Positions 1 through 10,183 of a stretch of DNA of 64,000 nucleotides are shown here, piece by piece. The first letter of the stretch is position 1. Every line of letters begins with the position of its first letter. The stretch lies in NCBI GenBank assembly GCA_948467545.1, contig CAOKER010000013.1, forward strand, positions 3,694-67,693, in the 5' to 3' direction. Both the position numbers and the translations under genes were made by a program. The DNA comes from an uncultured Eubacteriales bacterium (GTDB lineage Bacteria; Bacillota; Clostridia; Oscillospirales; CAG-272). The notes below the pieces were generated by a model. The model ran no database searches. It had not been told where the DNA came from and saw nothing but the letters and a program-made list of their open reading frames with translations.

Positions 1-2
1 CG

Positions 3-1301
3 ATGGTTCTGCAGAATTTAATTACATATTCGGTAGGACTTGCCGATAATATTATGATAGGCGCTCTTGGCGACAGTGCCGTTTCTGGCGTATATATGGC
101 AGGGCAGATTCAGACGGTTTTGCAGGTGCTCAGCGGAGGTATTGAAGGCGCAATTCTGCTTCTTTCATCACAGTACTGGGGAAAAAAAGACCGTGAAAGT
201 ATATGCCGTATTGTATCGGTGGGTATTTGGTGTTCGGCAATTATAGGTATTGTTTTTTCATCTGTTTCAGTCTTTTTTCCTCATGAGGTGCTTTCGGTTT
301 TTACAAACGAGGTATCTGTTATAGAAAGCGGTATGGAATACCTTTCTGCAATATGCTATTCTTATGTTTTTTTCTGTGTTACGCAGGCGTTGATTGCTTC
401 GATGAGAAGCGTTGAAGCCGCGGGAATCGGTTTGTTTGTTTCTTTTTGCTCGCTATGTATAGATGTTCTTCTCAATTATATTTTGATTTTTGGAAAATTC
501 GGATTTCCCGCTATGGGTATAAAGGGTGCGGCGATTGCTACGCTTGCCGCAAGAATTTGCGAAACGGTAATAATATTTATATATGTCAGGTGTGTTGACA
601 GAAAACTTCAATTCAGGCTTAAAATGCTTTTTAAGATCGACACGGTCTTTTTACATGACTTTTTCAGATACGGTTTGCCGATTATTGCAGGGCAGCTTGT
701 CTGGGGAGCAAATCTTGCCGGCAGCTCTGTGATTGTAGGACATTTTTACGGAGAAAGTGTTATTACGGCTGTAAGTCTTTCGGGTACCGTCAACAATCTT
801 ATGTATGTCTGTATGAACGGTCTTTCGGGCGCGGTCGGCATAATAATAGGCAAGACGGTGGGAACGGGAGAGCTTTCGAGAATACGAGAGTACTCACGTA
901 CGGTTCAGATAATTTTTATTATTCTCGGGTTGCTTACAAGCCTGCTTTTTGCAGTAATTTGTTCTCCTTTTATTGGACTGTATGCAATTACCGCCGAGGC
1001 GGCGGAATTTTCAAGGCAGTTTATTCATGTTCTGTGTTTCACCTGCGTCGGAACCTGTTATGAATGCGGTTGTTTGTTCGGACTTGTGAAATCAGGCGGA
1101 GATGTGAGCTTTGTCTTTATAAACGATCTGATTTTTGTTTTTCTCGTTGTTCTTCCGTCTGCTTTTATATCAGCCTCGTTTGGCCTTGCGCCGTGGATTG
1201 TATTTCTTTGTTTAAAGTCGGATCAGATTCTTAAGTGTATTGTCGCATTCTTTAAGATAAGAAAATATAACTGGATGAAAAATCTCACCCGTGAGAGCTG
1301 A
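3..1301 (+). CDS. MATE family efflux transporter, 5' end outside window
   Basis: 432-codon ORF open to the window edge. Polytopic hydrophobic protein with MatE-like repeats. Followed by a terminator hairpin at 1398-1428. Confidence 0.8.
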   Translation: MVLQNLITYSVGLADNIMIGALGDSAVSGVYMAGQIQTVLQVLSGGIEGAILLLSSQYWGKKDRESICRIVSVGIWCSAIIGIVFSSVSVFFPHEVLSVFTNEVSVIESGMEYLSAICYSYVFFCVTQALIASMRSVEAAGIGLFVSFCSLCIDVLLNYILIFGKFGFPAMGIKGAAIATLAARICETVIIFIYVRCVDRKLQFRLKMLFKIDTVFLHDFFRYGLPIIAGQLVWGANLAGSSVIVGHFYGESVITAVSLSGTVNNLMYVCMNGLSGAVGIIIGKTVGTGELSRIREYSRTVQIIFIILGLLTSLLFAVICSPFIGLYAITAEAAEFSRQFIHVLCFTCVGTCYECGCLFGLVKSGGDVSFVFINDLIFVFLVVLPSAFISASFGLAPWIVFLCLKSDQILKCIVAFFKIRKYNWMKNLTRES

Positions 1302-1397
1302 GCAAAAAACGGTCAGCTTAAAATTTTCTGATTCCGCAGGATCTGTGCGGCTTTATTTGTGATAAAAAAATCATTAAATTTGATAATATAAAACTGT

Positions 1398-1428
1398 AAA
1401 TCCGCATAAATCGATGCGGATTTTTTTT
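1398..1428 (+). terminator. intrinsic terminator
   Basis: AAATCCGCAT / ATGCGGATTT 10-bp stem with a 6-nt loop, followed by a T run. Confidence 0.8.
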
Positions 1429-1517
1429 GCAAATTATTATATTCGTTATTTGAGAGATGATTATATTTGACGTCTGTAACAATAATTTTCCACTTAATAA
1501 AAATATTGAGTAAACTA

Positions 1518-1546
1518 TTGAATTTTATACAGATTTGGTATATAAT
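1518..1546 (+). promoter_or_regulatory. promoter TTGAAT-17-TATAAT of the decarboxylase operon
   Basis: Hexamers at 1518-1523 and 1541-1546. Leaves a ~165-nt leader. Confidence 0.5.
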
Positions 1547-1713
1547 ATTTATAGATAGAATTTAAAATGGGGGAGTATAGCGAACACTATATTTCCATGA
1601 CGATAGAGCAGTTAATCAAATATAATATTTTTATTAGAGAAGGGTATTTTACGATACCGAGATCTCTATTTGTTAAGGACTCGTTGTCATATAAGGAGGA
1701 TGATTGACACAGA

Positions 1714-3132
1714 ATGGAAAGACTAAAAAGACAGGCGTCCTTCGGACTTCCGGAAAAAAAGTCCGCAGACAACCGTGCGGCGTCTATTATCAGAGGGCTG
1801 TTCGGTGCTACATTTGTTGAGCTCGGAGCTTATCACGGCTCACGGGACGCAGACGGAAAACCTGTATTGTGCAATACTCTGACAGGGTATGGGGCTGTCG
1901 ACGAAGCTCTTGTATATGCTTTTGCTCAAGACGGATCGGATCGTGACGGGGCGGTTTCGGCCGTTTCTGCCGAAAAGATAGTTTCAATTATAAATAGGGC
2001 AAACAATGAATGTGCTCCGCTTATAGGATTTTTTGACAGCTGCGGTGCTCAGCTTTACGACGGTATGGCAGCGCTTTCGGGATATGGCAAAATTATGCAT
2101 GCCGTAGCAAAGAAACGCGGACGAGGCCCGATGATAGCTGTTATAACGGGAAGCTGCACCGGGGGACTTGCCGTCATTGCCGAAATGTTTGATGTCGTAA
2201 TAGCGGTTCATGATGCCAAGTTTTATGTAAATCCGACTTATATTGCGCGGGACGCTCTTAAGGAACAGGGAATTTCCGCTCCGGAACTGGGAACAGCTTC
2301 CGCAGCAGCGATGCGCGGAGAGGTTTCGCTGCTCTGTAAGGATGCCGACGACGCAATTTCTTCTGTTTCTAAGCTGCTTCGCTTCATTGCATATCATGAA
2401 GGAGAGACCTCCGACAGCTTTGACAGACTGACTGAAAAAGCTGCAGAGCTTTTTGCTTCTTCTGAGTATGATTCACATGAGCTTATAGAAGAAATATGTG
2501 ATAACGGTGATTATTTTGAAAGTCATCCGGGTTATGCAAATGAGCTTTTGACTGCTTTTGGGCGCGTTTGCGGAGACACCGTTGCTATTGTGTCGTCAAA
2601 TCCGTCGCATCATCACGGGTTGCTTTCTGAACGTGCCGCAAGAAAAGCAGCAAATTTTATAAATTTTGCGAACTCATTGAAGATACCTGTAGTTACTCTT
2701 GTGGATACCGAGGGATTTGACACTACGGCGCACACCGAGCTTGAACGAACTGCGTCACATATGGCTTCGCTTGCATATGCTTATGCTTCCGCCGCCAATA
2801 CTCATATAACAGTTGTTACCGGACGGGCGTACGGAACGGCATCTGTCATACTTGGTTCACGTGCGCTCGGCGCAGATATATGCCTTGCTGTTGAAAACGC
2901 CGACATGAGCATACTCGATCCGGATACTGTTGTCCAGTTTATATACGGAGACGAAATCGATTCATCTTCAAATCCGGCGGGAGAGAGACAGAGAAGGGTA
3001 GACGAATGGAAAAAGGTTCATGCCGGAACGGTTGAAGCCGCCATGTACGGAGACATTGATGACGTTATTGCTCCCGCGGAGCTTCGCGCGAGAATTGCTG
3101 CGGCTGTTAAGGAATGCAGACAGAGATTTTAG
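1714..3132 (+). CDS. acyl-CoA carboxyltransferase (methylmalonyl-CoA decarboxylase alpha / transcarboxylase 12S / PCC beta family)
   Basis: 472 aa with carboxyl-transferase family segments (GFFDSCGAQLYDG, PVVTLVDTEGF, TVVTGRAYGTA). First gene after promoter 1518-1546. Confidence 0.8.
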   Translation: MERLKRQASFGLPEKKSADNRAASIIRGLFGATFVELGAYHGSRDADGKPVLCNTLTGYGAVDEALVYAFAQDGSDRDGAVSAVSAEKIVSIINRANNECAPLIGFFDSCGAQLYDGMAALSGYGKIMHAVAKKRGRGPMIAVITGSCTGGLAVIAEMFDVVIAVHDAKFYVNPTYIARDALKEQGISAPELGTASAAAMRGEVSLLCKDADDAISSVSKLLRFIAYHEGETSDSFDRLTEKAAELFASSEYDSHELIEEICDNGDYFESHPGYANELLTAFGRVCGDTVAIVSSNPSHHHGLLSERAARKAANFINFANSLKIPVVTLVDTEGFDTTAHTELERTASHMASLAYAYASAANTHITVVTGRAYGTASVILGSRALGADICLAVENADMSILDPDTVVQFIYGDEIDSSSNPAGERQRRVDEWKKVHAGTVEAAMYGDIDDVIAPAELRARIAAAVKECRQRF

Positions 3133-3171
3133 TGCGAAATTTAATATATTTGAAAGGTATTGGAGCTTGAT

Positions 3172-3570
3172 ATGATTGAGTTAATGGCCGCGGCGTCCGG
3201 CGGAGGCGTCTCATCTTCGATTGACCGCGGAGTGCCTATGGCAGAGCGGCTTCTGCTTGGACTGCAGACAACTCTGCTGGGGCTGGGAACGGTCTTCAGC
3301 GTACTGATAATACTTATGGGCGTGCTGCTTTTGTTCAGACTTTTCTTTTATTCTATTCCAAACAGAAGATGTAAAGACAAATCTGCGGCAGAGCTCTCCG
3401 TTAAGAACAAATCTGAAGCGGCAGTATCATCATTGCCCGTGTCAGACAACGACGGTGAAATTATCGCTGCGATAACCGCGGCGGTGTCGCTTTATCTTGA
3501 GGCGGAGTCGGCGGAACATGGAGCGGAGGAAAAAATATCTTTCCGCGTTGTAAATTTTCGGCGCAGATAA
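3172..3570 (+). CDS. OadG-like small membrane subunit of Na+-decarboxylase
   Basis: Single TM helix (LLGLGTVFSVLIILMGVLLLF) followed by an Ala/Glu-rich tail. Sits between the carboxyltransferase and BCCP genes. GGAG lies 6 nt before ATG 3172; the track ORF starts at TTG 3160. Confidence 0.55.
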   Translation: MIELMAAASGGGVSSSIDRGVPMAERLLLGLQTTLLGLGTVFSVLIILMGVLLLFRLFFYSIPNRRCKDKSAAELSVKNKSEAAVSSLPVSDNDGEIIAAITAAVSLYLEAESAEHGAEEKISFRVVNFRRR

Positions 3571-3626
3571 GAATTGCGTATTTGAATATGTGAAAGCATT
3601 ATTTCTTTTGAGCTGCTGCCTGCGGT

Positions 3627-4034
3627 ATGGCTGATTTTATTGAAAGGAACGATAATAGAAAAATGAGAACTTTTAATGTTAAAGTAAACGGTGTGTCTTA
3701 TGAGGTTGAGATTGAAGAGACTGGAGCGGAGACATCGGCGGTTTCTTCGCCTAAAGCTGCGCCTGAAATGACCAAAGCGGTTTCTTCGGCTTCTCCGAAG
3801 ACGGGGGCGTCTGCGGCAGGAAATATTAAAGTTAAAGCTCCGATGCCGGGTAAGCTTGTGAAAATCAACTGTAAGGCAGGGCAGAGTGTCAAGCGCGGCG
3901 AAATTTTATGCCTGCTTGAAGCGATGAAAATGGAAAATGAGATTTTTGCTCCCTGCGACGGAACGATAGCTACGGTTGAGGTTTCACAGGGAGATACGGT
4001 TGCCGGTGATGCGCTTCTCTTTACTTTAAACTGA
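3627..4034 (+). CDS. biotin carboxyl carrier protein (1.3S-like biotinyl subunit)
   Basis: C-terminal biotinyl/lipoyl domain with the EAMKMENE biotinylation motif, preceded by an Ala/Pro/Ser linker. Alternative start at ATG 3663. Confidence 0.85.
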   Translation: MADFIERNDNRKMRTFNVKVNGVSYEVEIEETGAETSAVSSPKAAPEMTKAVSSASPKTGASAAGNIKVKAPMPGKLVKINCKAGQSVKRGEILCLLEAMKMENEIFAPCDGTIATVEVSQGDTVAGDALLFTLN

Positions 4035-4091
4035 TGTGCCGGTTTATACGATATTTATTTAATAAAAACCGGACAGAATGGACTGAAACAT

Positions 4092-5270
4092 ATGTTGGAA
4101 ACTATAAAAAATTTTCTTGAAACAACCGGAATAGCAAACATGGTGAAGGGCGATACGCCGGTTTATAAATATCTGATTATGTATGCTATAATCGGAGTGC
4201 TGTTTTATCTTGCTGTTGTTAAAAAATTTGAACCCTTGCTTTTGCTTCCGATAGCTTTTGGAATGCTGCTTGCAAATCTTCCCGGCGCAGAGCTTTTTCA
4301 TATGGGATTTTTTCTTGAAGAACATCCGGATTATGGGATGATACTTCAGCAGGGCGGGCTTCTTGATCTTTTGTATATAGGCGTTAAGCTCGGTATATAT
4401 CCGTCTTTGATATTTATGGGTGTGGGCGCGATGACTGATTTTACGCCGCTCATTGCAGATCCGAAATCGCTCCTGCTCGGAGCAGCCGCGCAGTTTGGAG
4501 TTTTTGCCGCGTTTACCGGTGCTCTTGCAATCGGATTTACTTCTGCGGCAGCCGCTGCTATCGGTATTATAGGCGGTGCTGACGGTCCCACTGCGATTTT
4601 GGTTACTAAAATTCTTGCGCCTCAGCTTCTCGGAGCGATTGCGGTCGCCGCGTATTCGTATATGGCGCTGATTCCGGTTATACAGCCGCCCTTAATGCGT
4701 GCTTTTACAACCAAGAAGGAACGCCTTATTCATATGGAGCGTCTCAGACCGGTAAAGCGTATCGAGATTATACTTTTTCCTATTGTTGTAACGCTTGTTG
4801 TGAGCCTGATAGTCCCTTCGGCGACTCCGCTTGTCGGTTTTCTGATGCTTGGAAATCTTTTTAATGTATCAGGTGTTACGGAAAGGCTTTCAAAGACCGT
4901 TCAGAATGAGCTTATAAATATTGTTACGATAATGCTTGGCGTTACTGTCGGAGGAACGGCAAGTGCCGAAAACTTTCTTTCCTTTGAAACGCTGTCTATT
5001 TTGTTTCTCGGTCTTGCGGCGTTTTGTCTTTCTACAATCGGCGGCGTGCTTCTCGGAAAACTTATGTGTTTTCTCACGCACGGCAAGGTTAATCCGCTTA
5101 TAGGAGCTGCCGGTGTATCTGCTGTACCGATGGCGGCGCGCGTTGCTCAAACTGTAGGTCAAAAGGAGGATCCCACAAACTTTCTTCTCATGAATGCAAT
5201 GGGACCGAATGTTGCCGGGGTTATCGGTTCGGCTGTGGCTGCGGGAGTTTTGCTTGCGCAATTTGCCTGA
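4092..5270 (+). CDS. sodium ion-translocating decarboxylase beta subunit (OadB/GcdB/MmdB family)
   Basis: 392-aa polytopic membrane protein with family-typical segments GGADGPTAILV and LMNAMGPNVAGVIGSAVAAG. Confidence 0.9.
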   Translation: MLETIKNFLETTGIANMVKGDTPVYKYLIMYAIIGVLFYLAVVKKFEPLLLLPIAFGMLLANLPGAELFHMGFFLEEHPDYGMILQQGGLLDLLYIGVKLGIYPSLIFMGVGAMTDFTPLIADPKSLLLGAAAQFGVFAAFTGALAIGFTSAAAAAIGIIGGADGPTAILVTKILAPQLLGAIAVAAYSYMALIPVIQPPLMRAFTTKKERLIHMERLRPVKRIEIILFPIVVTLVVSLIVPSATPLVGFLMLGNLFNVSGVTERLSKTVQNELINIVTIMLGVTVGGTASAENFLSFETLSILFLGLAAFCLSTIGGVLLGKLMCFLTHGKVNPLIGAAGVSAVPMAARVAQTVGQKEDPTNFLLMNAMGPNVAGVIGSAVAAGVLLAQFA

Positions 5271-5451
5271 TAGCAGGATTATAACCTATTATAACCGTTG
5301 TTATGAAATATCTGTAAATATTCTCATAACAGACGAGACATTTTCATTTAGTTATATTTGTTATGCCGCACGAGTAGGCATAGAGATTAGCGTGGAAAAT
5401 TAAGCGAACTTATCCGAGCAATTTTTCACGTCGGAAAGGCATGGTATTAAA

Positions 5452-6855
5452 ATGTCAGAAAAACGTAAGATAAAAATTTGTGAAACCGCACTGCGCGACG
5501 CGCATCAATCTCTGATTGCTACAAGAATGAGAACCGAAGAGATGCTTCCGGTGCTTGAGACGATGGATAATGCCGGTTATTATTCACTTGAGGCGTGGGG
5601 AGGAGCAACATTCGATGCTTGTCTTCGGTTTCTCGGAGAGGATCCGTGGAAACGTCTGCGCGTTCTCCGCGAACATGTAAAAAAGACAAAGCTTCAGATG
5701 CTTTTTCGGGGACAGAATATTCTCGGATACCGCAATTATGCAGACGATGTTGTGGAGTATTTTGTTCAGAAATCAATTGCCAACGGAATTGATATTATCA
5801 GAATATTCGATGCTTTAAATGATCCGCGAAACCTTAAAACCGCAATTGATGCAACAAAGCGTGAAGGCGGTCATGTTCAGGTGGCGATTTCCTATACGAC
5901 CAGTCCGGTCCATACGAGCGATACTTTTGCCGAGTATGCGCGGCAGATTTCCGAAATGGGAGCCGATTCGATTTGTATAAAAGACATGGCCGGACTTCTC
6001 GGACCGTATCAGGCTGAACAGCTTGTGAAGGCAGTCAAGGCCAAAACCGGACTTCCGCTTGAGCTGCATACGCACTATACTGCGGGTCTTGCTTCAATGA
6101 CTCTTATCAAAGCGGTAGAGGCGGGTGTGGATATAGTCGATACAGCTATCTCGCCGCTGGCGCTCGGAACAAGTCAGCCTTCGACCGAGGCAACGGTTGC
6201 GGCTCTGGCCGGTTCTGATTACGACACAGGTCTGTCTCTTGATAAATTGGAGCCGATACGTTCGCATTTCGCGAAGCTTCGTGAAAAGTATATAAAGAAC
6301 GGAAAACTTGATCCGACAGTGCTTCGTGTTGATGTAAATGCTCTCCGGTATCAGGTGCCAGGCGGCATGCTTTCAAATCTTGTTTCGCAGCTGAAGAATG
6401 CCGGACAGCTTAAGATGCTTGACGCTGTTCTTGAGGAAGTTCCGCGCGTGCGCCGCGACGCGGGTTATCCTCCTCTTGTAACTCCGACATCTCAGATTAT
6501 CGGAACACAGGCCGTATTTAATGTTTTGAGCGGAGAACGGTATAAGATGGTATCTAAGGAGTTTGTCGGTATTATAGCCGGTGAGTACGGAAAAACTCCG
6601 GCTGAAATTGATCCGGAATTCAGTAAAAAAATTCTTGGAGACAGGGAACCGATTACATGCAGGCCGGCTGATATGCTTCAGCCGGAGCTTGACAGACTCC
6701 GCGGCGAAATTTCATCTTATATAGAGCAGGAGGAAGATGTTCTTTCGTATGCACTGTTTGGTTCTGTGGCTGTTGATTTCTTCAAGCGCCGTCAGTCGAA
6801 AAAATATCGCGTAGACGATAATGCGGACCGAAAGAACGGGGTCCATACGGTTTAA
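5452..6855 (+). CDS. oxaloacetate decarboxylase alpha / transcarboxylase 5S-type carboxyltransferase, no biotin domain
   Basis: 467 aa. N-terminal HMGL-like barrel (ICETALRDAHQSL, IKDMAGLL, HTHYTAGL). No AMKM motif at the C-terminus. Terminator at 6892-6929. Confidence 0.85.
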   Translation: MSEKRKIKICETALRDAHQSLIATRMRTEEMLPVLETMDNAGYYSLEAWGGATFDACLRFLGEDPWKRLRVLREHVKKTKLQMLFRGQNILGYRNYADDVVEYFVQKSIANGIDIIRIFDALNDPRNLKTAIDATKREGGHVQVAISYTTSPVHTSDTFAEYARQISEMGADSICIKDMAGLLGPYQAEQLVKAVKAKTGLPLELHTHYTAGLASMTLIKAVEAGVDIVDTAISPLALGTSQPSTEATVAALAGSDYDTGLSLDKLEPIRSHFAKLREKYIKNGKLDPTVLRVDVNALRYQVPGGMLSNLVSQLKNAGQLKMLDAVLEEVPRVRRDAGYPPLVTPTSQIIGTQAVFNVLSGERYKMVSKEFVGIIAGEYGKTPAEIDPEFSKKILGDREPITCRPADMLQPELDRLRGEISSYIEQEEDVLSYALFGSVAVDFFKRRQSKKYRVDDNADRKNGVHTV

Positions 6856-6891
6856 TAAATTATGGTGTAGCTTCGGGTTTTATTGAGATAG

Positions 6892-6929
6892 GGCGGTATT
6901 GCAGAAATGCTGTACCGCCGATTCTTTTT
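6892..6929 (+). terminator. intrinsic terminator after the decarboxylase operon
   Basis: GGCGGTA / TACCGCC stem, then GATTCTTTTT. Confidence 0.6.
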
Positions 6930-6981
6930 ACTCGGGTTATCATATAATTATGCGGGATAATTAAGCAATTTAAAAAAAATT

Positions 6982-7010
6982 GTTTACATTATTCGGAATA
7001 TGTGTTATAA
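6982..7010 (+). promoter_or_regulatory. promoter TTTACA-17-TGtTATAAT upstream of the nucleotidyltransferase gene
   Basis: Hexamers at 6982-6987 and 7005-7010. Leaves a ~170-nt leader. Confidence 0.5.
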
Positions 7011-7184
7011 TGTGTGAAAATGTTTAGCATTATTTTTGAGACGGTTTTACATAAATTTTGATAAAACGTATGCTTACAGGTAATATATATGAGGCGCCGA
7101 TGTTTTTGGGTTTACGCGAAAGTGAATTTTCAGAGAGGTTTTTGCTTCGGAGCGCCGTTGATTTGAAAGGAAGGATCATTAATA

Positions 7185-7925
7185 GTGAAAGCGATTATCA
7201 TGGCGGGCGGAAAAGGAACACGTCTTTATGACAGTGAAAATCCGAGTCCGAAGGTTTTAAGAAAGGCATGCGGACGTCCGCTGATTTCGTATGTGTTTGA
7301 TTCAATAGATTTTATCGACGAAAAGGATATAACGGTTGTTGTAGGTTTTATGGCAGACGCCGTAAAAGAAGCTTTTCCCGAAAAAAATTACGCTTTGCAG
7401 GGTTCTGACGGGTATGGAACCGGGTATGCGGTAAAATGTGCCATTGAACAGTTCGGACTTGAGAATTATAAAGGAGATATTGTAATTCTCAGCGGAGATG
7501 TTCCGTGCATTAAAAGGTCAACGGTGGAAGCATTGTGCAGTCAGCATCAGAGAGAGGGAAACTCATGTACGCTTCTTTCATGCGTCAGCGAACAAAGGCT
7601 TCCTTTCGGAAGAATTATCAGAGATTCCGATGGAAGAATTTCTGCGATTAGGGAACATAAGGACTGCACTCCGGAGGAACGGGAAATAAAGGAGCTTAAT
7701 GTTGGACTTTATGTATTTGATTGCGCAAAGCTTACAGCGGCGTTGGGTAAAATCAATTCCAACAATGCCGCCGGCGAGTACTATCTTACAGATGTCCCCA
7801 AAATTATGCTTGATTCCGACGAAAAAGTCGGAGCATACCAAACTGACGACGAGAGCGAGCTGTGGGGAGTTAACACGGTTGATGATCTGCACGCGGTTGA
7901 AGAGATTCTTCGTAAGATGAAATGA
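7185..7925 (+). CDS. sugar-phosphate nucleotidyltransferase (GlmU N-terminal-domain-like)
   Basis: GTG start after AGGAAGGA. MAGGKGTRL loop; the GlmU-like pyrophosphorylase fold reading extends to YYLTDV. No acetyltransferase beta-helix part. Confidence 0.75.
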   Translation: MKAIIMAGGKGTRLYDSENPSPKVLRKACGRPLISYVFDSIDFIDEKDITVVVGFMADAVKEAFPEKNYALQGSDGYGTGYAVKCAIEQFGLENYKGDIVILSGDVPCIKRSTVEALCSQHQREGNSCTLLSCVSEQRLPFGRIIRDSDGRISAIREHKDCTPEEREIKELNVGLYVFDCAKLTAALGKINSNNAAGEYYLTDVPKIMLDSDEKVGAYQTDDESELWGVNTVDDLHAVEEILRKMK

Positions 7926-8008
7926 CAATAGGTGAAATGACATTAATGATTCTGCTTCAAAAGTCTGAAAATAGAAAAATTGAATAATTATTTTAAAGGA
8001 CGATATTA

Positions 8009-9049
8009 ATGAGTCAGAAAATAAGCAATCCCTCGTTTCGAACATCTGTTCGGGGATATAATAAAGATGATATAAATAAATATATAAAGGAACTCAACGG
8101 AAATTTTGTTTTTGCGACGCGCGATTACGAAGACAAAATCCGAGCGCTTAAGTCGGTTGTTTCGGATAAGGAACAGATAATTGCAAGGCTGCAGAAAGAA
8201 TTGTCCGATTGCAGACACGAGCTTGCGAAAGCGGTATCGGATAAACAGGAATTACCGGCGGAAAGTGACACGGAAAAGCCGGAGGAAAATGCCAAGATTT
8301 CGGAGTCCGAAGCTCTTATTTCGGCTCTCAGAGAAAGATGTGAGGATATGCTCGGCAGACTCAAAACCTTGGGTGATGAAAAAATTAAGGCTGAGGTCAG
8401 AGCATCCGAGGCACAGACAAGGGTCAGACAGCTTGAAGCAAAACTTTTATCCGCATCAGAGCTTCAAAAGCTGCCGGAGGACGATGATCTTATACATAAG
8501 GCTGAAATGTACGATAAAATATCAAGTCAGATCGGTCGAATAATGATTGACGCCAGAGAGAATTCGGATATAATTATTTCCGATGCAAAGAATCGGGCAA
8601 AGAAAATACATGAGGATTCCGAAGAAGTGCTGCGCCGTGCGGATGCAGAGGCTAAACTTATTAAAGAGCAGGCTGAAAATGAGCTTCTCAGATGCAGAAA
8701 AAATGCGGAGGAGTATCTTCGCAGTTTAAGCGGAACGTTTGCTTCGGTTTCTGCGGGGGCTGCAAAGCAGGTTGGCACAAAATACGGTGAGCTTGTTTCA
8801 CTGATATGTGTTCAGCTTCATGATGCGGCTGACAAGGCTGCACGGCAGTCCGATGAGCTGGCTGAGGTTCTCATGAAAGATTGTTCCTCGGAGCTTGAAA
8901 CTGCGGTAAAAAAAGCGATTGTAGAAATGACTGATAATATGGATTATAATAAATTCGGTGAAACGAAGTCCGGAGATATGCTTAATCGCCTTGACGTTCA
9001 GTCCGGAGCTGTAAATGATATTTCCTTAGACTTTGGCGCTGCCGATTGA
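8009..9049 (+). CDS. DivIVA domain-containing coiled-coil protein
   Basis: N-terminal DivIVA-type motif (FRTSVRGYNKDDINKYIKEL) followed by long Glu/Lys/Ala coiled-coil sequence. Confidence 0.7.
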   Translation: MSQKISNPSFRTSVRGYNKDDINKYIKELNGNFVFATRDYEDKIRALKSVVSDKEQIIARLQKELSDCRHELAKAVSDKQELPAESDTEKPEENAKISESEALISALRERCEDMLGRLKTLGDEKIKAEVRASEAQTRVRQLEAKLLSASELQKLPEDDDLIHKAEMYDKISSQIGRIMIDARENSDIIISDAKNRAKKIHEDSEEVLRRADAEAKLIKEQAENELLRCRKNAEEYLRSLSGTFASVSAGAAKQVGTKYGELVSLICVQLHDAADKAARQSDELAEVLMKDCSSELETAVKKAIVEMTDNMDYNKFGETKSGDMLNRLDVQSGAVNDISLDFGAAD

Positions 9050-9069
9050 CAGTATTTAAATATTTAAAG

Positions 9070-9110
9070 GGAGACACCGTATAATTATTTGCGGTGTCTC
9101 CAGAGCTTTT
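9070..9110 (+). terminator. intrinsic terminator after the DivIVA-domain gene
   Basis: GGAGACACCG / CGGTGTCTCC 10-bp stem with a weak T tract. Confidence 0.55.
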
Positions 9111-9170
9111 CTTATACATTTGGAAAAAAATTACTGTTGTGAAATTAGAATTACAGAACTGCAAATTGAA

Positions 9171-10085
9171 ATGAGAGGACGGCTGGAAGTGACGCTCGGT
9201 GAGAGAATAAGGTTAGCAAGGAAAAGTGCGGGAATAACGCAGACAGAGCTTGCCGGAAATTTTATTACAAGAAATATGCTTTCTAAAATTGAAAATGACT
9301 CTGTGTATCCGTCTCTTCAGACATTGCTGTATATATCGGAGCGTTTGCGGATACCTGTCGGGGAGTTCTTTACCGATGACGATTCGAATTCGGCTGAGAC
9401 AAGATTCCGCGAGAGCGAAATACGCCGTCTTTTTCTTGAGGGCGACAGTGATTTGTGTATCGCGGTTTGTGAGAAATATCCCGAAGCTGCGTCTGATGAG
9501 ATGAATCTTATCCGTTCTATAGTTTATCTGCGCAGAGGAGAAAACAATTATCGGAACGATAAAATTGACTGTGCGTATAAGGACTTTAAAAGCTCTCTGT
9601 TTTATTCCGCAAGAACAGCTTACGTATCTGCGGATTCTGTAAGGCATGCAAAAATTATGATTGACGAAATTGAAAGAATCAAGCCGTTTCCTGACGGACT
9701 TGGTACGGCAGAGGGAAGCTTAAACGGAATTATACCGTTGCAAAATACGTTTGAACAGATTTTTGCCGAGCGTGTAATCGAGAGGACTATTTCCGAAAGA
9801 AATTTTGCCGCCGCCGAAAAAATGATAAATGATATTCTTCCGTCGGGCAGCATATATAAAAGAAAGATGGGCGCTCTTCTGGAAGCGGAGAGCGGAGATA
9901 TGAAAAGCGCTGTAATCCACCTGCGTGAGCTTGCCGAGGATGACTCCGTATGTGCTGCCGAACGCTATATCATATGGGGACATCTTGAACAGCTCTATGC
10001 ATATATGCTCGACTATGACGAAGCGTATCTGTGTGCAAGAACACGTTCGGATTTACTCGGATATCTTAGGAATAAAAACAGGTAA
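9171..10085 (+). CDS. XRE-family HTH regulator with helical-repeat (TPR-like) C-terminal domain
   Basis: HTH LGERIRLARKSAGITQTELAG...LSKIEND, then ~230 aa of helical repeats. The track ORF begins at TTG 9120; ATG 9171 is preferred. Confidence 0.7.
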   Translation: MRGRLEVTLGERIRLARKSAGITQTELAGNFITRNMLSKIENDSVYPSLQTLLYISERLRIPVGEFFTDDDSNSAETRFRESEIRRLFLEGDSDLCIAVCEKYPEAASDEMNLIRSIVYLRRGENNYRNDKIDCAYKDFKSSLFYSARTAYVSADSVRHAKIMIDEIERIKPFPDGLGTAEGSLNGIIPLQNTFEQIFAERVIERTISERNFAAAEKMINDILPSGSIYKRKMGALLEAESGDMKSAVIHLRELAEDDSVCAAERYIIWGHLEQLYAYMLDYDEAYLCARTRSDLLGYLRNKNR

Positions 10086-10183
10086 ATATAATTTATAGTG
10101 TTGACGTCAAAGATAACCGAGTATGTATGTGTACCGGTATATTTGATACGGTAAAAGCTTGCATGAAAGGAAGTTGTCTTAAT

